Virus record (IMG/VR): IMGVR_UViG_3300008259_003073
Origin: a virus
Lineage: Duplodnaviria > Caudoviricetes
Strand: one strand, 5' to 3'
Length of the DNA: 64,000 bases
Shown here: in pieces, positions 57,152 through 64,000 of the stretch
How positions within the stretch are numbered: the stretch's first letter is position 1
How the letters are laid out: each line of letters begins with the position of its first letter
The notes under the pieces: generated by a model
Databases searched by the model: none
Seen by the model: the letters and a program-made list of their open reading frames with translations, nothing else
What the model was told of the DNA's origin: nothing
Made by a program: the position numbers and the translations under genes

Positions 57152-60100
57152 TTATTCGTAAAATATACCTAATATCTGATTTAGTGGTGCAAATGTGCCT
57201 GTAAGTTTGTATGTATTACCCTTATACACAAACACTATACCTTCATTAGGAACTATCTTACCCTTACCACCAATACTAGCTAATCTACTTAATTCCATTT
57301 TTAATTTAGCTATTTTAGATACATCACCACTACCTCTTACTTTTTCCGCAGTAGATTCCAATCTGTTTTTCATATCGGCAACTGCTGCATTTGGATTTGC
57401 AGTTAAAACTGAACTCATAAACGAAAGAACATCGGCACCAACTCCCAAAAATATCTCTTCAAATTGTCTAACATTTTCTTTTTGTTGCTTTACTACATTT
57501 ACTTTATCATTATCCATTGCCCACTTTTGAGCTTCCTTATCTACAATTGCATTTAAACGGAATGATTTATCACCAAACGCCCATCTCTTTATTAATGCAT
57601 CTCTTTCAAATTTCTCTAATTTAACTTTTGATTTATCTATAAAATTAGACCACCATGCTTGATGATATTCGGAAACACCATCGTTGTTAGATAATTGAAA
57701 TTCAGATTGTAATTTTTGTAATTTACTTAAATACTTACCTTGCTTTGAACTCAAATTTTCATTTTTAGGAAGTTGTGTAACAGGAGGTCCTTGTATAGTA
57801 TATTTAGATTGAACATCCGCATTCACTTGCTTAATCATCCCTGCCAATTTAGTTGCTGCAGATTGGTCAGCAGAAACTGCTTTACCACTTTCATCATAAC
57901 AAGTTGTGTTATGAAATACCAATAAAGCCTGTCCGTAAGGAATAACATTTACAGAAGTTGGCCATATTACTTCCAAATTCATAAAACAATGTCCTTCATT
58001 AAATATTTTCTTTCGTTGTGGTTCCGAAAGAGATTGGATTGCCGCTGATAAATCTTTCATTGCAAAATTATATGCATCGGTTAATCCACCTCTACCACTA
58101 AATTTAGATGCAACATCTTCAATTCCCATTGCGTTTGCTCCACCATTTGCCAAATGTCCTTTGTTTCTTGCTGCAATCAATCTACCATTCTTCCAGCTAA
58201 TTGCTAATGCCTGTCCATCGGTTTTTTCTCTTGTCAATTCTAACTCACCAGTCAATGCTCCTGTGATTATATTTTTTAAATCACCAAAAGTTAAATCCAT
58301 ATCATCAAATGGGTGAGACATGTGACCGTATGCACCACCTTCAGTTAAAATCGTTTCATTTGTCTTTTTTTTTAAGTTTCTTTTTTGAAGAACTAATTTA
58401 TTTAATTCTGAAAATAAATCAGCAATATCTTTATCCAATTTTTTTTCATCAGCTGACATTGGGGATTCAATATCTACATTGGAATAAAGTTTTTTCTTTT
58501 TAGCAATTAAAGCATCTACTTTTTTAAGTAAATCATTCTTTGCCGTATCTAAATCTTTTATTATATCTTCCGTTGATGATTCGTTTAGCTTAACCCCCGC
58601 ATAATCTAATCTATATTCATAATACGCCTTTTTAATATCAGCAGGAATCTTTGAATTTTTAGTGAATATTTGGTCTACCATCTTACGAGTATCATTTGAT
58701 GATAGATTCCATTTTAACTTATTTTTATCTAATGTAAAGAAAGTATTTAAAGTAAAATCTATCTTACTCAACATTGGTTTCAAAATTTCATTTTCAAAAA
58801 ATGAATCGTATTCCTTTCGCTGCTCTCTCTCTAAATAATTAAGAGCGAAGTTCCCATCATACAAATACGCTTTTAATGCTTTTCCAACCATCACCAACAC
58901 ATACTTTTTATCGTTAGGACCTAAATACTTTTCATCGGAATTACCAATCACATATGTGTACTGATTACCTACCAAGTCCTTTAATTTTACTTCGTTTAAT
59001 TTACCGGTATCCGTTTTAAAGAATGGACCTCTTCTTACACTTCTAAAATCTAAACTCATTTCGTTTCCAAAAATCTCTTTCGGTGCAAGTACTTTTACTC
59101 TAATAGTTCCATTTTTGTTATCTACACCTATTGTTTCAAAATCAATTTCGGAGTATTTTTTACCTTTAAATCCTAAATTTTTACCAGTAATAAACTTATG
59201 AACTTTACCACTACTAACTGCCTGTGCTTCACTTACAGGTTCATATCCATTATCTTCGGTATCTTTTATATTGGGTTGATGTCCTGGCTGTCTTTTTCTA
59301 TTATCATCAAAATCTACAGTATCTAATTCAGCTGATTGCCCAATATCGTTCTTGTGATTGTTTGTAAAATCTTTTACGGCTTGAGATATAGATTCACCAC
59401 GTGGTATTCTAAATGTTGTTGCCTTCTTACCATTGATTGTAGGCATTCCGTGGTCATCTTTACCAATATCTTTAACGGTAACTCTTTTATTTTTAAACTT
59501 ACCCATTAAAACCTCATCACCCTTATCAACATCTACATTAATATCTTCTTTGACAAAATCAGTTTCAACATATTCTACACTTGGTAAGTTTTTTATAGTA
59601 TATTTTATAGTTCTTTCTTCCGCATCATCATCACCAAATATAGCATCTGCTTTTGGAAAATCGGTTTGAGTGTATCCACCATTCGCATACCAGGATTCAG
59701 GTCTATCGGAATCTAATTTTCTTTTTTTACCTTTTTTAATAAATGAACCATCTGGAACATCTGCGGTATTTGCAGTTCCAACATTACTAACCTCTGTGTA
59801 AATTTGTTTGTTGATTCTACCATATTCTCTCATAAGAATACCTGCTACGGCATGTGCTTGGTTTTCAACTGGCGAACCATCTGCCCCATCTTTAACTTCG
59901 TTTCGTATAAACCCCAACTCATCTTGTTTTCTATGAACCATTTCATGTGCAAGTGTTCTCAATATATCCGCAGTTAATCTACCTTCAGTTGCAACATATA
60001 TTGATTTACTAATCGGGTCATATCCACCCAACGATGTTTTGGCTTCTGCAAATTTTCTACCACCAACTAAAGTTATTTTTGGAGTTTCTTTTAATTTTAA

Positions 60101-62347
60101 TCGTTTAGTTGCAAACTCTACAAAATTTTGAATAGATTGTTGTTTTGTTTCTGAAAGATTTTCTTTCATCAAATCCGAAGCATTAGCCATAGATTGATTT
60201 TTAGTTCCTTCTTTTTTATATCTAGCAATCGTTTGTATTAATTGTTCATCGGATAGTTTATAGTTTTGCATTATTTCTAATGTTTTTTCTATAAAGTTTG
60301 GTACAAATTTTTTCGTATCAAATCCTTCTTCTCCCTTTTTATTTTCAAATATACCAGCTACTCCCAATGCAATACCACCTGCAGAAGCTTGTGCCGCATT
60401 AGCACCTAAAGCTTCAAACGCAGAGTGTTTTATTATGTCTTTAACTATGTAAGACCCCAAATGACCTCCACCAAATTTAGCTGCTATTTTTGCTCCGGCT
60501 GCTTGTGCAATACCACTAGCACTAGCACCTTTTGATGCTGCAGATATGCCACCCATTAAACCACCTGTCGTTGCAATTGAACCCATTATTATTGCGGAAG
60601 TTTTTACAAAATTTCCAAGACCCTTTTTTTGTTTTTGACTTTCATTCCAAGACTTTTCTGCTAATTCCCGTTGTTCTGGAGTTAAATCTTTTCTATATAC
60701 AGGTTCTTTTTTTGTTTTTGGTTTTCCTAATATAGTTTTAGCCTGTATAGGATTACCATTTTCATCTTTAATCGGATGTCCATGCTTATCTTCTTTGTAA
60801 ACAGGAACATCTTTCATTTTAGGTTTTACTTTTCCTTGAAAATCTAGTTTACGAGTTGTTGAATCTGGTTCTGTAAAATCATCCCAATGTTTAGTTTTAC
60901 CTTCTGAATCTTTAACAGCCCCAAATCTTCCAGTAGTTGCCAATGATTTTATAGCACTAGCAGTTCCCACCAGCATTTCTTTGTTATGCTTGAATGTATG
61001 CATAATACCATGCCCTACATACGATGCTGCTTTTTTTAGTATATTCATAGCCCCTTTTCTTTCTTCAGATTGTGGGTTATTTGCTTTATCAATTGATTCG
61101 TTATCTCCTTTTGATAAACCTTTTCTGGCATCAGTTACTTGTTGACTTGTTTCCGCATCTTTCTTTTCTTTATCAGATTTTTCAGCAGACGCTTTTAATT
61201 CAGAACCACTTAATTTTTGAGGTGATGTAGGCGGTGGCGGAGGTGGTGGTGGTGGCGGTTTTGGGACACCTTGTTTTTGTTTCGTTGCATCCACCTTACC
61301 TTGTGCAGTAGCTCCCTTATTTACAGGTTGTCCAGGTTGTGATGGTTTTGGTTGATTTGCAGGTGCATCCGATGGTCCCTGTGCCATTCCTTTTTTCTTA
61401 ACTGCATCAGCTTCAGCAGGAGTTAGGGTTCTGATTTTACCATCTTCAGATTTATGACTCGCAGGTTGTCCTTCTTTACCATAGTATCCACCACCCAAAT
61501 GTTTCAATCCCATTTTTTCGGCTTCGGATTCTTCTTTGAAATATGTTCTGGTAAATTCTTCGAACATTTCTTCCATTGCAACTCTACCAATTATTTCTGC
61601 AATTGGATTATATAATTCGTCCGTTGGATGTTCAATTTGATGTCGAGTAGGATGTGGTTCGGGTCTCATTTCATACGATGGCTTCGTATTATTAGTCTCA
61701 TCTACTGAACCCGTTGGTGCTCCATTAATATATCCTCCTGGAAGATTTAATCCAGTTCCTATACCGCCTGGAAACCCATTTTCATTTAATTTACCTGTTA
61801 TCATACCGAATACCTCTTTATCAAATTTTGGATATGCTTTTAAAAATCCCTTTTTCTTTTCATCATCACTTCCCTTACCTAACCAATTACGAACATCTGT
61901 TCCACTAATTGGGTTTGGTTCGGCGGGAACGGCATATACATATCCAATTTCATCGTATCCGTATCCAGCTTTTTCGTTATATGGTTTAAAGTATTTACCC
62001 GCTAATCTATCTGCATCCTTTTCTCCAACTGCTGCTACATACGCAGTAGTTTTACCATCAAATTGAGATAATATTTCTTTTGGAGCATACGGATTACGAA
62101 CTTGAACTATCTTATCTTCCGGTATTCCAAACATTGTAGTAATTATTTTCACCTTCTCATTAAAATTAAAAGGAGATTTAGGACCTGATGTATCATTGGA
62201 TGTTCCAATATATACATTTGATTTTCCAAATTTTTGAGCAAGCTTTAAATAAGAAACATAATGTCCCTTATGGAATGGTTGAAAACGACCTGAATATACT
62301 ACTATGGTCCTTTTTACTATCGGTTTATCTTTTTCGTTCAAATTCAT
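57152..62347 (-). CDS. 1731-aa multidomain protein: HIGH-family nucleotidyltransferase, HExxH metallopeptidase, and C-terminal KxDG ligase-like (DUF6267-like) domain
   Basis: YSGRFQPFHKGH and ISGTDVR (aa 18-153); RTLAHEMVHRKQ (59947-59933); EGGAYGHMSHPFDD...EKTDGQ...ARNKG (58342 to end). Confidence 0.75.
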   Translation of the reverse strand: MNLNEKDKPIVKRTIVVYSGRFQPFHKGHYVSYLKLAQKFGKSNVYIGTSNDTSGPKSPFNFNEKVKIITTMFGIPEDKIVQVRNPYAPKEILSQFDGKTTAYVAAVGEKDADRLAGKYFKPYNEKAGYGYDEIGYVYAVPAEPNPISGTDVRNWLGKGSDDEKKKGFLKAYPKFDKEVFGMITGKLNENGFPGGIGTGLNLPGGYINGAPTGSVDETNNTKPSYEMRPEPHPTRHQIEHPTDELYNPIAEIIGRVAMEEMFEEFTRTYFKEESEAEKMGLKHLGGGYYGKEGQPASHKSEDGKIRTLTPAEADAVKKKGMAQGPSDAPANQPKPSQPGQPVNKGATAQGKVDATKQKQGVPKPPPPPPPPPPTSPQKLSGSELKASAEKSDKEKKDAETSQQVTDARKGLSKGDNESIDKANNPQSEERKGAMNILKKAASYVGHGIMHTFKHNKEMLVGTASAIKSLATTGRFGAVKDSEGKTKHWDDFTEPDSTTRKLDFQGKVKPKMKDVPVYKEDKHGHPIKDENGNPIQAKTILGKPKTKKEPVYRKDLTPEQRELAEKSWNESQKQKKGLGNFVKTSAIIMGSIATTGGLMGGISAASKGASASGIAQAAGAKIAAKFGGGHLGSYIVKDIIKHSAFEALGANAAQASAGGIALGVAGIFENKKGEEGFDTKKFVPNFIEKTLEIMQNYKLSDEQLIQTIARYKKEGTKNQSMANASDLMKENLSETKQQSIQNFVEFATKRLKLKETPKITLVGGRKFAEAKTSLGGYDPISKSIYVATEGRLTADILRTLAHEMVHRKQDELGFIRNEVKDGADGSPVENQAHAVAGILMREYGRINKQIYTEVSNVGTANTADVPDGSFIKKGKKRKLDSDRPESWYANGGYTQTDFPKADAIFGDDDAEERTIKYTIKNLPSVEYVETDFVKEDINVDVDKGDEVLMGKFKNKRVTVKDIGKDDHGMPTINGKKATTFRIPRGESISQAVKDFTNNHKNDIGQSAELDTVDFDDNRKRQPGHQPNIKDTEDNGYEPVSEAQAVSSGKVHKFITGKNLGFKGKKYSEIDFETIGVDNKNGTIRVKVLAPKEIFGNEMSLDFRSVRRGPFFKTDTGKLNEVKLKDLVGNQYTYVIGNSDEKYLGPNDKKYVLVMVGKALKAYLYDGNFALNYLEREQRKEYDSFFENEILKPMLSKIDFTLNTFFTLDKNKLKWNLSSNDTRKMVDQIFTKNSKIPADIKKAYYEYRLDYAGVKLNESSTEDIIKDLDTAKNDLLKKVDALIAKKKKLYSNVDIESPMSADEKKLDKDIADLFSELNKLVLQKRNLKKKTNETILTEGGAYGHMSHPFDDMDLTFGDLKNIITGALTGELELTREKTDGQALAISWKNGRLIAARNKGHLANGGANAMGIEDVASKFSGRGGLTDAYNFAMKDLSAAIQSLSEPQRKKIFNEGHCFMNLEVIWPTSVNVIPYGQALLVFHNTTCYDESGKAVSADQSAATKLAGMIKQVNADVQSKYTIQGPPVTQLPKNENLSSKQGKYLSKLQKLQSEFQLSNNDGVSEYHQAWWSNFIDKSKVKLEKFERDALIKRWAFGDKSFRLNAIVDKEAQKWAMDNDKVNVVKQQKENVRQFEEIFLGVGADVLSFMSSVLTANPNAAVADMKNRLESTAEKVRGSGDVSKIAKLKMELSRLASIGGKGKIVPNEGIVFVYKGNTYKLTGTFAPLNQILGIFYE

Positions 62348-62361
62348 ACATATAAATATAA

Positions 62362-63804
62362 TTAAATGAGAGTCTTATTAAAAGATAGTAAAAATTTTAA
62401 TACTAATTGCATTTCGGCATTGTTTTTTATATCTCCAAATGAAGCTTTACCATATTTTAAAAACAAACTTTGATTATAAATACATATTTCTTTTACATTG
62501 TTTAAAAACTCATCTTTTTCTTCTTTTGTTTTATTTGAAAATTTAGTAATTTCTTGCTGAATCAATCGTAGTCTAGAAAAATCATCACACTCCATATCAT
62601 AACTCTCATCAATATAAGGATGAAATGTTTTAAATCCAAATCTATTTTGTAAGTATTCTAATGATTTTGCAGGTCCTGCTAATATAAATGGTTGACAATG
62701 CCCAATTGGTTTCCATATTTTTTCTGAAAGATATCCTGTTGGGAAATTTACAAATATATCATCAACTCCTTTTGATTGGAAAAATACCGATTCGGTTACA
62801 ATGCTTACATACGAGTTTAGATAGATATTTTTATCTTCAAACCCAAACCCCGCTATTTTAGTTAAATCATTTATATCCAATACAGAAGATGTTTCTTCGA
62901 TTAATTTACCAAATTCTTCATTTCTGTCATGCACATACATTTCTTCCACTGCATTTTTTGAATAAAATCTTTTATCCCAAGATACTAAACTTTTATCCAA
63001 TCCTAATTTATGCAAATGACTCAATAATAATAATCTATGTAATTTCCAATGTCTCGACAACAATAAAAAATCTTTTTTATCTTTTCCAATACTTTCTTCA
63101 AATTCTTCACAAGTTGCAACGGTAGATATGCCAGATTTAATAGCTCCTACCTGTGGTTCGTTTGAGTTCTCACCCCAATAACGAAAATCTGGATTATTTA
63201 TTATATTATTAAATTCTTGAGATTTGGCAACCATATTTAATGCATAATCGGCTACATTGTATTTCAATCCTAGCTTTTTAAGATTATTTTTTAATTTAAA
63301 ATCTGCAAATAAAAAATAAACTTTTTCTTCAGGTATTTCTTTATCACGAATATTTTTAATTAATCTTTCAAAGTTTTCTATTGTAACACCTTCACCACCA
63401 TCTATTGTATAATGAAAAAATAATTTACCATTACCATTTTTTATTTCATCAATTGCTACTTTTGACATGAAATTTAGGGCAAATTCATGTATTGGGTGAT
63501 TTCCAAAAAATTGATTTAAATTGCCAAATGGCTCTACAATGTAAAACCAATCATAATTAATACCGTTTCTTCTATCTTCTTTTATTTGATAAATTGATTT
63601 TTTTTCAACACATCTTTCAAAATAATTACTATTGTATACTGCCCAATCACAATTCCATCTTTTAGAAAAAAAGGCACCTGAATTTGAAAAGTCAAAATCA
63701 GATGCGTTATGTATTGTATTTATATATTTTGGATTCATACAATTAGGCAATTCACCATTGTATGTTATTATATCATACCCAAATATTAATTTTTTATCGC
63801 TCAT
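62362..63804 (-). CDS. putative glycosyltransferase-like protein (GT10-like C-terminal region)
   Basis: SIVTESVFF ... LSEKIWKPI...QPFILAG ... GFKTF...IDESYD pattern. Confidence 0.5.
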   Translation of the reverse strand: MSDKKLIFGYDIITYNGELPNCMNPKYINTIHNASDFDFSNSGAFFSKRWNCDWAVYNSNYFERCVEKKSIYQIKEDRRNGINYDWFYIVEPFGNLNQFFGNHPIHEFALNFMSKVAIDEIKNGNGKLFFHYTIDGGEGVTIENFERLIKNIRDKEIPEEKVYFLFADFKLKNNLKKLGLKYNVADYALNMVAKSQEFNNIINNPDFRYWGENSNEPQVGAIKSGISTVATCEEFEESIGKDKKDFLLLSRHWKLHRLLLLSHLHKLGLDKSLVSWDKRFYSKNAVEEMYVHDRNEEFGKLIEETSSVLDINDLTKIAGFGFEDKNIYLNSYVSIVTESVFFQSKGVDDIFVNFPTGYLSEKIWKPIGHCQPFILAGPAKSLEYLQNRFGFKTFHPYIDESYDMECDDFSRLRLIQQEITKFSNKTKEEKDEFLNNVKEICIYNQSLFLKYGKASFGDIKNNAEMQLVLKFLLSFNKTLI

Positions 63805-63880
63805 TGATTTACATATAAATTATAACTATATTATGATTTTATATCACTTTTCTAAATATGGTGCATATAATTCCCATATC

Positions 63881-64000
63881 TTAAAATGATTTGTAAACAA
63901 ATGGGTCTCTTTTTTTAAGTTCTTCTAATTTTTTCTTAATTTTTTTCTTTGTTTGGTATGCCTGATACCATTTTACAAAGAATGAAATGATAGGTAAATT
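63881..64000 (-). CDS. 3' end of a small basic protein (partial; absent from the ORF track)
   Basis: Manual translation ...NLPIISFFVKWYQAYQTKKKIKKKLEELKKRDPFVYKSF*; the KRDPF(I/V)Y ending is a recurring small-phage-protein motif. Confidence 0.55.
   Translation of the reverse strand, partial: NLPIISFFVKWYQAYQTKKKIKKKLEELKKRDPFVYKSF

Noticed and set aside
61230-61265. GGT/GGC-type microsatellite
   Set aside because: It simply encodes a poly-proline linker (PKPPPPPPPPP), with mixed codons and frame preserved.
2405-63889. All + strand ORFs in the supplied track (e.g. 3729..4094, 13232..13717, 21807..22379, 34563..35060, 51844..52275, 54962..55513)
   Set aside because: They lie antisense to well-supported minus-strand genes, mirror their codon bias, show no recognisable motifs and have no promoter support.
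1-64000. Alternative genetic code (stop-codon reassignment)
   Set aside because: Core genes (terminase, portal, capsid, sheath) are intact under the standard bacterial code. The three breaks found are frame changes, not in-frame stops.
1-64000. tRNA or rRNA genes
   Set aside because: Intergenic gaps are short (mostly under 180 nt), and none showed a cloverleaf with T-loop GTTC(G/A)A context by eye. tRNAscan-SE or ARAGORN would confirm.

Overview
This is a 64-kb, AT-rich segment of a large T4-like (myovirus) bacteriophage genome, and essentially every real gene is on the minus strand. Read in the direction of transcription (right to left), it holds these blocks. (1) A GT-like gene, a 1731-aa multidomain protein, terminase, portal and prohead-core genes, the prohead protease, a phage-encoded ribosomal protein bS21, scaffold and major capsid protein. 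(2) Neck and tail-completion genes, then a ~20-kb array of Ser/Gly/Thr-rich fibre paralogues (two Peptidase S74 chaperones, a 7-bladed delta-60 propeller, LamG domains, one Hint domain). (3) Tail sheath, tube, assembly chaperones, tape measure and baseplate genes. (4) The start of the replication block: PhyH-like dioxygenase, frameshifted PolA-like gene, gp32 SSB, UvsX/RecA. A Bacteroidota host is inferred from TTG-N20-TAnnTTT(G/A) promoters, the absence of Shine-Dalgarno sequences and the Bacteroidota-like bS21. The most interesting observations are: three frame junctions on slippery or homopolymer sites (T7 before the tape measure gene, A11G in the head module, and a G4/A_AAT_TTA site in polA); a probable protease-processed, head-packaged polyprotein (nucleotidyltransferase + HExxH peptidase + KxDG ligase-like domain); a 9-bp late-promoter-like motif that is the reverse complement of the T4 late promoter; and an alternatively foldable leader before the scaffold/capsid genes. 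All calls come from motif recognition by eye, with no database search. No tRNA, CRISPR array or DGR was seen.
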